A stretch of DNA of 64,000 nucleotides, from contig OX597814.1 in NCBI GenBank assembly GCA_951406725.2, positions 168,826,001-168,890,000 on the forward strand, given 5' to 3'. The stretch comes from Octopus vulgaris (taxonomy: Eukaryota). The position numbers and the translations under genes are program-made. Shown piece by piece: positions 11,725-25,862 of the stretch (position 1 is its first letter; each line of letters begins with the position of its first letter). The notes under the pieces are model-generated. The model was not told where the DNA came from, made no database searches, and was given only the letters and a program-made list of their open reading frames with translations.

Positions 11725-12093
11725 TATATATATATATATATAGGTTATTGTATGGACTTTGGCATTAAAAAGTAAACAAATAAAGAAGTGTGTATGTGTG
11801 TGTGTGTTTAATGAATTATTTAGTTCACTGGTCATCCGTGCGGTATTATTACATACAACTCCATAAAAATGAAATTTGGTGAAGTAACAAAACAAATCAA
11901 TAAACCTATCATTTGAAATACACCAGCTTGTCTTTAATTACAAAGACATAACTTTTGAGAACTTCATCAAGCTACATGATTGCTTAATCAATAATTTAGA
12001 TGATCTTGATACAAGAGTTAAAAGACTGACACGTGGGGAGGTAGGGACTTCTCATCTTATATAACTGTTTACAAGCTGGAGAAAGAAATTTAA

Positions 12094-12296
12094 CCCTTTA
12101 ACGTTTAAACCAGCCATATCTAGCCCCAAATATTTCACCTGTTCTATGTTGAAACCAGCCAGATCTGGCTACTCACACCTACCCTACAATGTCATTCTAA
12201 GTATGTACAATAACATCTCAAAGCTATGATTAATGAATAATCCAAAGCAATGTGAATAAACGTTACATTTGACAGAGTAATACGAATGCCAGAAGG
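12094..12296. mobile_element. piggyBac-type MITE family 2
   Basis: TTAA|CCCTTTAACG...GCCAGAAGG|TTAA. Homologous to the copies at 7005, 29685, 47230 and 63405. Confidence 0.8.
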
Positions 12297-12352
12297 TTAA
12301 AATACATTATCTCTCTGTATGTTTTGAACCAGTGTTATCTCATCTGTGAGGT

Positions 12353-12541
12353 ACTCTTTTACTTGTTTCAGTCATTTGACTGTGGCCATGCTGGAGCATT
12401 GCCTTTAGTCAACCAAATCGACCCCAAGGCTTATTCTTTGTAAGCCTAGTACTTATTCTATCGAACTGCTAAGTTACGGGGGACATAAACACACCAGCAT
12501 CGGTTGTCAAGTGATGTTGGGCGGACAAACACAGACACATG

Positions 12542-12578
<37 letters not shown>

Positions 12579-12737
12579 GACAAGCTTCTTTCAGTTTCCA
12601 TCTACCAAATCCACTCACAAGGCTTTAGTTGGCCCGAGGCTATAGCAGAAGACACTTGCCCAAGGTGCCACAAAGTGGGACTGAACCCAGAACCATGTGG
12701 TTCATAAGCAAGCTACTTACCACACAGCCACTCCTGT
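12353..12737 (-). mobile_element. tRNA-derived SINE family B (internal TA/CA microsatellite)
   Basis: Reverse complement of 46753-47154. A box tggctgtgtgg, B box ggttcagtccc. Confidence 0.85.
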
Positions 12738-13404
12738 GGATTATTTTCCAATCTGATCGAAACCAAATCTTTTCTAAAATTTCCATCATAATATCTCAGC
12801 TGTAGGCGCTTTCATTCAACACCCACCACACACACAGTACTTCCTCACCAAGTATCACCTGTTTAAATTAAAACAGTTGAAACAGTGCAGACGTCTCGCT
12901 TGCACATGGATGCCAAATGCCTTTAATGCACAGTCATTTCCACAAGTCACTCGTACCCAGCCATGCTTGTAAGTGACTGGCTCACACTCAAATCATTATT
13001 TCCCAATCACTATGCATTTCCCCTCCGATCATGTTTCGCTGCCATAAAACTTCACACTTCTTAACACATCTCATATTACCTGACTTTTGTGTGCAGATGG
13101 AAAACAAACCTGTTGGAATATTTTTTGTTCATGCCCGTAAATTGACAGTTTTCATGGCAGCAGCCGTAATACTATAAGAACTTTTGAAATTTTGCACATG
13201 TCAAGCAGCTTAGAAAGTGTAAATTTCTTCAGAATTACTCACTTTTAATACAACAAAACATGCTGAAATTGATCACTTAAGACATTTCTGCATGTGTGAA
13301 AAAGATAATCTTTCAGGTTTTTCCGTGTATGAAAATCGACAGCTTTCATGATCCCAGTCCTATTACTATTTCAAAACTTAAGCTAGTTTGTCAATAGTAA
13401 CTTT

Positions 13405-13940
13405 TATCTTTTACTTGTGTCAGTCATTGGACTGCAGCCATGCTGGAGCACTGCTTTGAAAGGTTTAGTTGAACAAATTGACCCCAGTACTTATTTTAAG
13501 TTTCTTTATCTGTTTTGCTGAGAACATACGCAAATCAACGCTGGTTGCCAAGTGGTGGTGGCAGTGGTGGAGAAGAACACAAGCATAAAGACACACAGAC
13601 ATGCCAATATACCTGAACTTTCATACAGTTTCTGTCTAACAAATTCACTCACAAACATTCATGATAGATCGTTAGCCACTACACACATTTTTCTCTCTCC
13701 TTGTTTTTTCTGTGTCCCTTTCTGTAGAAGAGCGTAGGCTCGAAACGTAAAAGATTTTTTCTATTCCTGAGCGTTATACTAATATATCTGTTTGTTTTGT
13801 ACACCACCTGTCTTCGTCTTTTGTTTTTTTCGTAAACTCTCCCTGTAAGAGAAGATATTTGTTCAAGTTACTGCACAATGGGACTGAACCCCAAGCCATG
13901 TGAATGCTAAGCAAGGTTCTTAACCACACAGCTATGCCTA
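13405..13940 (-). mobile_element. SINE family B interrupted by a Penelope-like insert
   Basis: SINE B halves at 13405-13657 and 13845-13940. Confidence 0.7.
13658..13844 (+). mobile_element. Penelope-like terminal repeat fragment with variant hammerhead (13718-13753)
   Basis: cttt-CUGUAGA-a-gagc gtag gctc-GAAA-cg-UA-aaag. A second copy lies on the minus strand at 30920-31115. Confidence 0.65.
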
Positions 13941-15875
13941 AACTGTTGACTAAATTTCCTAAAATTTTTGTTTCTCTTTGGATGTTAACCATGATTATAT
14001 AGCCATAATCTCCAAGTTCCAGCTCTACATGTGCCACCTAAGTGACAAAAGAACAGAATTTACCATTCCACAATGCATATATTATACATCAGTCTGTCAA
14101 ATATCTTTCTACATTTCTTAGAACAACAATAGCAACACTAAATATCTTGGAAACCAAACAACAACAGCATTAGAAAAAAACCCCAAAAAACCCCTGAGAT
14201 AATCCTCATTTTCATTTGCGTATTTTAATTCATCAGAAGAATTAGACATACATAAGTAAGTAGGTAACAGATAAATAAACAAAAAACAAAAACAAGATAA
14301 TGATGGAATCTATTTGCAGGTGAGACACTGAAAATTGACATTCCAGTATTCTAATTCTACCACACAACACATATGCCAACGAAAATAACAGATATGATCT
14401 GTAAGGAGAGAAAATATTCTCCAGTAAGAATTATATATATATATATATGGATCTTTTTTGTTTCCTAATATATTTCTTTTATAAAGATGAGAGAGGCAAA
14501 AACAACAACAGAAAAATAATATCTAATCACAGAACAGCACGTTTGTATGCATGTATGTTGTGTGTGTGTGTGTGTGTGTGTGTGTGATTAAGTTGAACTT
14601 GAATATATTTGAATGCCATATATATATGTTTATTAGTGTGTGTGTGGTACATATACATATACACATATAAAATATACAGTACTATGAAACAAAGTATTCA
14701 GAGAAAAATTGGTACGATGGTGTGTCGAGTATTATTTGCAGTATAGAGGTGTGTTTGAGTGTGTGTATTGAGCAATGAGAGCAGTCAAGCACAGAACAAA
14801 GTGCAGAGAAATCAGACTAAACAGATTGAAAAAGAAAAGTCAACGTTACACAAGACCCCCGAGAGAACACGAACTTGTGTGGTGTACACGCATGCATTTA
14901 TATGATTGAAGCAGCGACATGTTTTTGAGATTAAATTTGCAGTGTTGCAACCATGTTTAATGTATTTAACACACACGTGTATATATTTATATATATATAT
15001 ACACACACATATAAATATATATATTGCCCCCACTGACACTTTCCGTTAGGTTGCATCACTACACACACACACAATACACAATTGAAATAGAATATGGAGC
15101 AATAGAAATGTTTAACTGGATGAAAGAACAAGGAAGTCTTACAAAATATTTAATGCAACTTATATATAAATATGTTTGATCTTAAATATATCAAGCATAA
15201 AATACTTTTGTCTTTAGCGGTTTGGCAAAAGAGACCGAGAGGATAAGTATCCGACTTAAAAAAAGAAGAAGAAAAAAAAATATAAATACTAGGGTTGATT
15301 CATTCTTCAAGGCAGTGACCCAGCATGACTGTAGTTTATAGACTGAGACAAGTAAAAGATAAAGTTAGTATGATATACTGTCTGTTCTTTATCGACCAAG
15401 TCATCTTATAAGTCACTGCTGTATTAGTTAGAAATAGTAACCAAATTTCTATTGGAATCTGTAGTCCTAGATACAGTCAGAAAACAGGAATGAGCGATGA
15501 TCACAGTCTGAACACCTTTAATTTTAGAATTTCTCATTCAGAGCTACCCTTAGACACAAACTAGGTCACATTTTTGTTAGGTCACAACACAAAACATTAA
15601 GTGTTCTGAAGGTCTGAGTATTCTAGTAAGTAGTTTTAGAGTAGCAAATTAAAATCACAAACTAATTTTTATTCTCAAGCTAAAATATATATATATAACT
15701 GTAGATGTTTTTATCTTATTTTATATTCATCGGTTTTCATGATAATGAGAAAGGTAGCAGTTTTATCAGCATAAACAAAGTACTGTTCACAAAGATAAGT
15801 GGATTTAGTTTACACATACACACATATATACACCAAAATTTAAATTCATACAGAAGGTTTTATGTTTATAGGTAA

Positions 15876-16248
15876 CTAGCAGTATCGCCCGGCGTTGCTC
15901 AGGTTTGTAAGGGAAATAACTATAAAGCATTTTTAGAGAGTTATAGCCAAAAAATAGAAAAAAAATGATGGTAAATTTTTTTTGAGAGTTAAAACAGGTG
16001 GAGTTGCGTCCCCTAGACGGTCTGTGGTTTGGGTTTCTCATTCTCGACCCCATGTCGAATTTATCGATTTTTTCAGAACTGGGGGAACTTTTCAAAATTT
16101 TCGCTGCGTTAGTTTTGAATTATGACATTGGGCTATGTGTGTGTCAAGTTTCATCAGAATCGGTTGAAAGCCGTGGTCAGGGTGAGGGTACGAGAAAACA
16201 GACACACAGAAACACGCACAGACAAACTGCCGTTTATATATAGAGAGA
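15876..16248 (-). mobile_element. Non-autonomous Helitron
   Basis: The minus strand starts A|TC and ends CTAG|T. A GC-rich hairpin (plus strand gcccggcgttgctcaggt) lies about 11 nt from the 3' end, and there is a (CTGT)-like tract near the 5' end. Confidence 0.8.
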
Positions 16249-16321
16249 TAAATGAAATATTGCAATGTTTATTTGTCCACAATGGTGACCTAATTTCATC
16301 TTTTGTGAGTGTATATATATA

Positions 16322-16707
16322 TGGTGGAAGCACTCTGTCGGTTACGACGATGAGGGTTCCGGTTGATCCGAATCAACGGAACAGCCTGCTCGTGAAATTA
16401 ACGTGTAAGTGGCTGAGCACTTCACAGACACGTGCACCCTTAACGTAGTTCTCGGGGATATTCAGCGTGACACAGGGAGTGACAAGGCTGGCCCCTTGAA
16501 ATACAGATACAACAGAAACAGGAAGTAAGAGTGAGAGAAAGTTGTGGTGAAAGAGTACAGCAGGGATCACCACCACCCCCTGCCGGAGCCTTGTGGAGCT
16601 TTTAGGTGTTTTCGCTCAATAAACACTCACAACGCCTGGTCTGGGAATCGAAACCGCGATCCTATGACCGCGAGTCCGCTGCCCTAACCACTGGGCCATT
16701 GCGCCTC

Positions 16708-16710
<3 letters not shown>
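16322..16710 (-). mobile_element. tRNA-derived SINE family C, full length
   Basis: The minus-strand head ggaggcgcaatggcccagtggttagggcagcggactcgcggtc...ggtttcgattccc carries A/B boxes. Related pieces lie at 36670-36968, 38170-38345, 60320-60480 and 62040-62180. Confidence 0.85.
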
Positions 16711-16749
<39 letters not shown>

Positions 16750-19700
16750 AATAAGCAGAAAAGTGGTATGATATTCAAAGCTTTATAGGACATACACGTG
16801 TTTCAACAACATGGCAAAATAATTACATAGCATTATGCAATTTGTATTGCACCTCATCAATGTCTCACCACACTTGGCCTGCATTTTCCACTCTAGCCTA
16901 TCTCGAGTCTGATGCCCCACATCATACTACACTGGATACTGGAATGGAGTACAGAACCCAATGAAGAGTTCAATTTTAGTTGCATGTTTTTTGGATATAT
17001 GTGTGTGTATATTGTTTGGAGGGTGGGACGGTGTGGATAATGAGCTGTTGCATTATCTTTAGGATACCAATGTAGTGATTTAGAGGATTGTACTCTGTAA
17101 TAGCTTTAATCTTTAGACCAATGGTGTGGCTTGAGCTTAACAATGTAAGCTAATGAAATATTTGTCAACAATACATTAAGAGTCTTGCAAAGAAAAGTGA
17201 CCTCTACCCTAATTCTGAAATATGTTAAAGACACAAGAAATGACCAATGACAGCTATGAATCAATAAATCCTTTGGTCAGTAATCCAAACCCTTTTTTTC
17301 TCTTAGCCCTTTCTACCACAAACAATACCCCATTGGAATTCCCTTACCAGCCATGCTTTTTTCCTATTGAAACCAACTGAAAGATATTCCAGTGATTGCA
17401 ATAAATAGTGTAAAGGATTAAAAGTAGTTCATGTACAGTTAATAGACAGGCCATTTAACAAGGGAAAAATATCTAAATTAGAAAGTAAATGAAAAAAAAA
17501 AAAAAAAGAAGAAAGCTACACACTTTACAAATCTCAATTGTGGAGGAATTGCTTTAAGCTGATAACAAACTTAAGCCAGTTTCTTCCTAATTGTTCTTAA
17601 TATGTTTTTTTCCACTTAAACAGTGATTCATTTATTATCAGATAAAAGCGGGTATGGACAGATAATCTGACAAATTAGCAGAGTCCTGTTTACCAAAAAA
17701 TATTAAATTCCATTTAACATGCATCATAGTGAGTCAGTAATGGAAACCAAGTTTTTTACATCGAGTGACAGGCTCTTCTGCAGTTAATTTAAGAATGACT
17801 AACTTTAACTACAAGGTCAAACACAGAGTTGAAAGATAGTACATGTGCATGAGTGCAGGTTTTATAAAGATGATTAATTTACATTACTCAACTGAAATCT
17901 ACTAAAGAATTATAAGAGTTCTACTATAAATTTTACAATTATAAGTTCTAAGGATAAGAATTTTATTAACCTCATATATACATATATTCTTTTCATATTA
18001 ACAACATTCATGTAAACACATTCATACAAACTTTTTCCCCATGTAATTTCAGTCAGTGGAGTGTGGTGACTTCACAGAGGGATTGCTTTCAATGATACAA
18101 CTTAGTTACACCTACTCCAACATTTGATGAATACTTATACTAATACCAAAAATCAAAGTTGACTTAAACAGGATTTGAACTCAGAATGTAAAAGGACAAA
18201 ACTAAATATTGCAAGATATTTAATCCAGCACTTAGCCAATTCTGCCATTTTCCGATCTTACATTTTAGCTCTTAACATTCTTGTATAGCATAAATCTATC
18301 TGACAGCACATGTCAGTCAGTCCTATACAACCTGAAATCATATGAATCAAAACACCATTGGGGCTTACATTTGTTTTAAAGCCAGTCACCAACTTTCTAA
18401 TCTAAGGAAGAAAACTTTAATCTCTTCCTCTTCTACCACTTATTTACATTCTGTAACACTCACTATTAAAATCAATTCATATTTTGGATTTTTCCAATAT
18501 ATTCAAGAAATTTTTTTAAAATCAAAACTTTGGTATGTTACTTCTGAAAGGAGTAAATAACAGATTATCTGGAAATTTCATAATGCAAAAGGTGCCAAAA
18601 AAGATGTTTGCTGAGTTTGCTTGCCTCTGTTATTAATTACAATTAATTGATTGCTAACACCTCTTTCCATAGACATTTTTTGAGCATTTTTGATACGAGA
18701 TATACTCTAAAGTATACAGTTTGGTTCTTTACCTTCTGTGCTATTCTAATTTGCTTCAACTTGATTATTGTGAAGTAATACAATAAAAGGAAGCAGTTCC
18801 TTCAGCCTTAAGTAAAAAAAATCCCACCAGAAAGGACACTAGTCTCACAAACAATGACACAATAAAGAGTACAATTTGCAGGGCAATGTTTTAGGGAAAA
18901 AGTTAAACTGAAATTCATATTAGTCCTTTGGAGAGCGCAACCTGTTAGTGAGTGAAAGTTACAAGCTATTCTAACCAGATTTCACTGCCAGAGATTCAGG
19001 ATGAGGCCTGTCTTAGTTGGAGTTAGCAAATGACGGTGACTTTGTATATTACAGGTAAATTTCTCAGGCAGGAACTGTAATTATTCTTTTGATAGCTAGG
19101 TCAAGTAAAGCCAAAAGAACCATGCCTTGGACATATACACATACAAACCCAAACCCAAAGAAATCAAGGATAGTTTTGAAAATACTATTTATATTCTAAT
19201 AACAGGAATGTTTGGTATGAGAGAAAGCACAATGCAGGCAAAGTGCAATGCCCAGTTCAAAACCATCATCTGACCCTTTGGGTGCTTTTAGCAGCATCCA
19301 CTTTGTTGCAAAGTGTGGGGATACCTTCTTCCCTTCCAACCAGTCTCAGAAGCCTTGTAAAGGGTCATAGGCATCACCTTTTCTCCTGACTATAAGATAA
19401 AAAAAAAAAAGAAAAAGAAAAAACCTTGAAAGAGAAAGAAGAAACAAATATATAAATGAAAGCTACCTCTGCAAGGAGACTCAACTGGCTAGAAGTAGCA
19501 ACTAAACCTACCCCTCAAAATATGTTATCAACTAAAAAAAAAAAGGCACATTACATAATATAGTCTTAGATATATTATGGCTGGAAATTAAAAAAATCAA
19601 GTGGGATAGTCATGACCAGACTGTTTAAAATCACATGCCTGCCCAAAGGCTAAACACCACCACCAGACTAAGCTATGTTACTGATGCTATTTCATTGACA

Positions 19701-20804
19701 ATCCTGCAACACTTTAACTGCATCAATATGTCAGTAGTAACAACAGAAATGTTTAGCTAATGACTCAGCTGACAAGACAAGCAATGCAAATATCAGATTG
19801 AATCAACAATTCAGGTTCTGCCTTGTAAATTGGCCACAAAAGTGGCTGTTGAAAGACTAGACAGACAAACTCCTCAGATGTCAGTAGGCTTTGTTTCATT
19901 ATTAAACTGCTTTAGCATATTTTCACTTCTTTTGCATAAATCTTAGAAGATTGGAATCTCTTCTCATATTGATCTGAGGATATACTGGAATTATATAAAC
20001 CCACATCTTCTCCATCAACGTCAATCATCTATCAACACCTGTTTTAAATTGTCATGGGTTGAATAGGTTTGCAGTTCATTGTATCACCTTACTCATTGTA
20101 TTTTGTCTCCAAGTGTCAATTATAAATAAATAAATCAAATTAAAAAAAAAAATGTTTAACCTCAAGTCAGCTCTAATCAAGCAGATCTATGATCGAAGGC
20201 ATTCTAACTGTGACCATGCAGGCCTCTCTCCTTTGGTGCACGATTTGAAGGAGATTTGGCAGCTGTTTCTAGTAAAATCAAATAATTGTATTAAAGCTCT
20301 CCAGTTGCCTTGTTCAGAAAGAAGAGAGTAGGGTCATATAACTGAATGGATTTGGTTTTTGAATATCAACATGTTTTGAATTTCCCCAGCTATCATGGAC
20401 TGTACATTCACTGCCACAAGTATCCGTTGAGAGGTGGTAGAGTAACAGATAAACTGACATGTGATATTATTGTTTTCAGTTCAGATTCAGCTGAGATCAA
20501 CCTTTCTCTTTGTTGATAAGAGAACAACAAGTGAAGTATTAGAATCAATTAAATTAACTGCACCCTTCACACAAATAAAATTTGGAGTTTTGAACCAATT
20601 TAATTGAAGATGACAATGGCAACAACAACAACAGTGAGATGGAGTGGTAGAATACCAAACTAAAGAGACTTAAGAGCATTTGGTTTTTTAAAAATTTTTG
20701 TGTAGAACTCTTCTTTTTGTTGATTGATATCTTGCAACTATTGATTAATAGAATAAGCACAAATCAAGTACTGGGCTTGATTAGATTATGGCAATAATAA
20801 TGGT

Positions 20805-21455
20805 TGTTAAAATTTTGGCAGAGGGCCAGCAGTTTTTAAGGGGAGGAGTGAAGTTGATTATACTGACCCCAGTACTTAACTGGTACTTATTTTATCAACC
20901 CTGAAAGGATGAAAGTCAAAGTTGACTGCGGCAGAATTTGAATGCAGAACATAAAGACGGTTGAAATACTGTTAAGCATTTTGGCTGGTAAGCTAAAACA
21001 GTCCTGCCAGTTTGCTACCTTAATTATGCAAACAACAACAACAACAATCCTTTCTACTAAAGGTACAAGGCCTGAAATTTTTGGGGAGGGGACTAGTCGA
21101 TTACATCAACCCCAGTTTTCAACTGGTACTTATTTCATCAACCCCAAAAGGATGAATGGTAAAGTCAACCTCAGCGGAATTTGAACTCAGAATGTGGTGA
21201 CGGGCGAAATACCACCAAACATTTTGTCTGACGGATTAACGATTCAGCCAGCTCACTACCTCATTAATAATAATAATAATCCTTTCTATTGTAGGCACAA
21301 GGCCTGGAATTTTAGGGGAGGGGATAGTCAATTACATTGAACCCATGTGTAACTGGTACTGATTTCCTCAACCCTGAAATGATGAAAGGCAAATGATGAA
21401 ACCTCAACTGAATTTGAACTTAGAACGTAGTGACATTTCACCCAGCTCGCCACCT
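20805..21455 (-). mobile_element. Three head-to-tail SINE family A copies
   Basis: Copies start at about 20805, 21047 and 21279, separated by (CAA)n/(TAA)n tails. Confidence 0.8.
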
Positions 21456-21483
21456 TTTTAATAATAATAGTAATAATAATAAT

Positions 21484-21990
21484 GTATCAAGATGGTGGCT
21501 TTCATGACTTCTGATCATGACTGATTGGAAGTGTTATCATGTACATGTTTTGTCTTGATATAAAAGATGGGCTACAACAAATATTCTGCTCAATACCACA
21601 AAATTGCTTGTCAGTTGTTTGACTTTAATTAGTTGAGCATGTCCCTAGGTGGATGACAATATGCACATCTCTGATCACGAGCAGAAGTAGTGGGAGAGCA
21701 TCATAGCCATGTGTTAAGAAGAATTCTTTGGGGTTTGAATAATTCACCCCTGGAAACATGAGTGCTTTGTTCATCATCCTTAAACAAACCTTATTCAAGT
21801 AGGGTGGGCTACTCAACCTGAAGAATATTCTAACTGTGCCCCATATCTTGGTATGAGATCACCATGTCGCACACATGGTTGTGATGTATATGGCTGGTGT
21901 ACCTTTATCAGATGGGTAGTCATAATGGGTATACTGGGATTTATATATTTGTACCGTAGTGTCACTTTGATGGCATACATTGCTCTCTCA
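21484..21990. repeat. Interspersed repeat family D flanked by (TAA)n
   Basis: A second copy lies at 25492-25862 (tgcttgtcagttg...gtcactttgatggcat..ctctcaataat). Confidence 0.7.
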
Positions 21991-23442
21991 ATAATAAAAA
22001 TAACGATTTCAAATTTTGGCACAAGGCCAGCAATATAAAGAGAGGGATAAATTGATTACATTGAGCCTAGTGTTCAACTGGTACCTATTTTATCGACTCT
22101 GAAAGGATGAAAGGCATAATCAATCTTGGTGGAATCTGAGTTCAGAATGTGAGATGGACAAAATACCACTAAGCATTTTACCCAGCATGCTAATGATTCT
22201 GCCAGCTCACCACCTTAATAATAATAATAATGATGATGGTGATGATGAGTCAGTCACTCACATTAATTTCGATGGGAGTGACCACCATCATCATCATTAT
22301 TTCATATTTCTGGTAATATTTCAATATTTTTATGTTTTACTTTTGTAACTGCTGCCAACTAAATCGTATGAGGCAAACTTCACACAAAATGTCTCTTTAT
22401 CCTCAACCCCCACCTCTCTCTCTAAACCCAGAAGAAATGTTTACTTCAAAGATGTCTCATAAAAAATTTTTTTTTCATAAACAAGGAATAAAAATAATGC
22501 TTCTACTAAGTTTAACAAAACACCAAAGTGTTATATATTCCTTGAAATCTGTGACTAGCTAATGCTACTGACTTGAATGTTGTCTTACAAATTCTACTTT
22601 TGAAAAAAAAAAAAAAAGATGAAGGAAAAACATTTTCAAGAGATTTTTTCCAAATGTGTGTATATGTATTTCAAAACTACCTCTATTGTATAGATGGCCT
22701 ATTTCATAGTTAAAATAATGGCATAACAGCACTGACAATAGAAGATAGAGAACATGTAAGTGAATATGTTAAATATTCCTATGTCAAAGTTATGAAGATT
22801 TTGCTATTATATTTTTGGCATTATTTATGTAAACTGGTTGTCAATTTCCGGTAATCTCAGAGAATGAGCAGTAGACTTCCAATACAAGTATTTTTATCAG
22901 AAGTCACAGATGCACACACAAGCAATCTATGTAAATGTAGCAGAGTTAATTAACTTCAAATACACTGCAGTTTGAATTAAAATAGGGAAGCAATGCAACA
23001 TATGAACAGTAAAGAGAAAGGAAGGAAGGGAGGGAAGAGAGAAAAGAGAAACAGAGATAGAGAAATAGATAACACGGCAGTATATCAAGTTACCAAAACC
23101 AATTTGAAGATGAAGTCTAATGATAGCTTAATATAAAAATATTCCCAGTATATAAAATCCTACTGTCCTTTATTTTCTATTCATGATCACAGATGAATAA
23201 AGTCAATAGATTAAATATCTAGAAAGAAAGGAATATATTGTCATCATTATCTTCATCATCATTATGATTGATGGAATCACAGAAATAGTACAAAATTGAA
23301 TTAAAGCATTACAATATTTAGTTTTTTTTTCCTTCCTACTACCTACACTCTGTTTTTAGTTGAAATACAGTATGTAGATTGACTTTTCTTTTCAAATTTT
23401 CCAGGATCATAGAAATGTGTAGTCTTGTGCCATGGTAATTAA

Positions 23443-23672
23443 GGCAGCGAGCTGGTAGAACCGTTAGCACACCGGGCGAAATGCTTAGCGGTATTTCGTC
23501 TGCGTTACATTCTGAGTTCAAATTCCGCCGAGGTCGACTTTGCCTTTCATCCTTTCGGGGTCGATAAATTAAGTACCAGTTACGCACTGGGGTCGATGTA
23601 ATCGACTTAATACCTATGTCTGTCCTTGTTTGTCCCCTCTGTGTTTAGCCCCTTGTGGGTAATAAAGAAATA
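23443..23672 (+). mobile_element. Young SINE family A copy with TSD
   Basis: CpG-rich and near-identical to 46005-46236. TSD ggtaattaa. Confidence 0.9.
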
Positions 23673-25250
23673 GGTAATTAATTATGATGCTTTACACTCC
23701 AAATGTAAATGTTATTAAGGTCAAATCCAGGACTGATACCAGTCATATATTTGTGTCAATTTAATCAACTACGCCCACTTGTGAAATCTTTACCCTTGTG
23801 CCTCGATTAGGAACCACAACTATGTACTTATCAGAGGATTTTGGCCCACATGGGACTAGATTCTGTGCTATTCTTCATTTGTATAAGATGATAATCTACC
23901 ACCTGTTTATTATGCTAAAACATCTTTGAACAGATTAGGTGTTCTGTTAAATCATATCAAAACCAAAGATTCTGACATATGAATTACATTCAACCAGCTA
24001 ACAAACAAAATTTATTTATAAATTAAATTAATAATTTATTAATTTATCAAGCACTATATTATTTTACTTGCCAAGTTCCACTTCAATGGAATGTTTTCAG
24101 GTACCATTCCTAACATTTATTGGCACATGCCAGAAATTTTGGAGAACAGGAAGGAATGATTACAGTGATTTCAAATTTTGGCACAAGGCCAACAATTTTG
24201 GGAGAGGGATAAGCTGATTACATCAACCCAAGTGTTTAACTGGTACTTATTTTATCAACCCTGAAAGGATGAATGGCAAAGTCAATCTTGGTGGAAACAG
24301 AAAGGAATAATTATATTGACGTTAGTACTTGACTGATATTTTATTTCATTAAACATGAAGAAAGGCACCCGTGCCAGTGCTGAGTAAAAGTACACAATAC
24401 AATATATACAGTGGTTGGCATTAGAAAGGGTATCCAGCCATAGAGACCATGACAAAACAGACATGGAGCCTGAAAAGCCCTTCAGCTGGTCAGCTCCTAT
24501 CAAATCGTTCAGTCCATGCCAGCATGGAAAATGGGGATTAAATGATGATGATGGTGATGAGGGATGGAAGGCAAAGTTTACTTCTGTGAGTTGGAACTAA
24601 TACTACAAAATATTTCACCTGAAACTCTAATGATTCTGCTAATTCACTTGCCCTTAATTCTAAACAGAGGTTTAACGTTAAAATTAGGAAGAGGGCAATC
24701 AATCATATCAACCCCAGTACTTGATAGGTAGTTCGTTTTCTTGATTTTAAAGGAATGAAAGGCAAAGTCTGAACTCAACAGATTTTGAACTCAGGGTGTA
24801 AACAGTTGGAACAAGTACAAGACAGTCTGGCAGACAGCCACACCTTTTGAAGAATGAGTACGGCTGTTTATATCAAATTCAGTGCTTTACTAATACATAT
24901 TTTATTAACTCTAGAAAGATGAAAGGCAAAGCTGACCCGAGCGGGGACTGAACTCAGAATGCAATACTTATATACTACAAGGCATTTTATCTAAGCCTCT
25001 ACTCACTCACCCATCCACCACTTGGTAACAAATACCATAGAGATAAAACCACCAATATTTTTCTGTATATGTCTATGTGAGGAATTGTTGATTACATCAA
25101 CTGGTATTTATTTCATCTAGCCCAGATGAAGAAAAAGAAAAGACAAAATTAACCATAGCAGAATTTGAATTGAGAAGCAAAAGTAATGTAATTAAAAATT
25201 GCAGCCAATTCCTTCATTCACTAATAAAAATAAAAATAATAATAATAATG

Positions 25251-25283
<33 letters not shown>

Positions 25284-25286
<3 letters not shown>

Positions 25287-25490
25287 GTCTGGAGACTTTA
25301 GAAAGGCAAAGCTGACACCAATGTTGGTGTATAGCAAAAACCGGCATTACTTGGAACTGCATGCATACTGTGTAAAGTACTGTCTGCCTGAGGTCCTTGT
25401 TGTGACTTGACAGACAAGTACGCTCAGTATCTTCATTCTACAATGTCAAAACACTGGATGCTGTGAAATGTCTTCAATAATAAAAATAAT
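25284..25490 (+). mobile_element. R4/Dong-clade LINE extreme 3' end
   Basis: QKPALLGTACILCKVLSA* resembles the QK.ALLGTA.ILRKVL terminus. It sits in (TAA)n. Confidence 0.65.
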
Positions 25491-25491
25491 T

Positions 25492-25862
25492 AAGATTTGC
25501 TTGTCAGTTGATTGACCATAACCAGCCGAGCATGTCCTTTGGTAGCTGACGATATATACATCTCTGAAGTTTGAATAATTCACCTCTGGAAACATGAGTG
25601 TTTCGTTCAACATCCTTAAACAACCTTTATTCAAGGACCATTTGAGAAGAATGGGCTACTTGACCTGAAGAAAATTTTTATTGGGCCCCACCTGTAAGGT
25701 CATGCGCCGTTATCTGGATATGAGATCACCATGTCGCACACACATGGTTATGATGCATGTGCCTGGTGTACCCTTATCAGACAGGTAGTCATGATGGGTG
25801 TACTGGGCTTTGTATATTTTACCCCAGAGTCACTTTGATGGCATGCACTGCTTTCTCACTCA
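25492..25862. repeat. Repeat family D, second copy
   Basis: Colinear with 21600-21990, with an internal deletion. Confidence 0.7.

Noticed and set aside
16630-16710. tRNA gene on the minus strand
   Set aside because: It has A/B boxes but is fused to a SINE body, lacks a proper acceptor stem, and has multiple degenerate copies.
19320-19389. Possible minus-strand exon after a strong polypyrimidine/AG acceptor
   Set aside because: No recognisable protein similarity, a weak donor and stops in most frames; it cannot be supported without transcripts.
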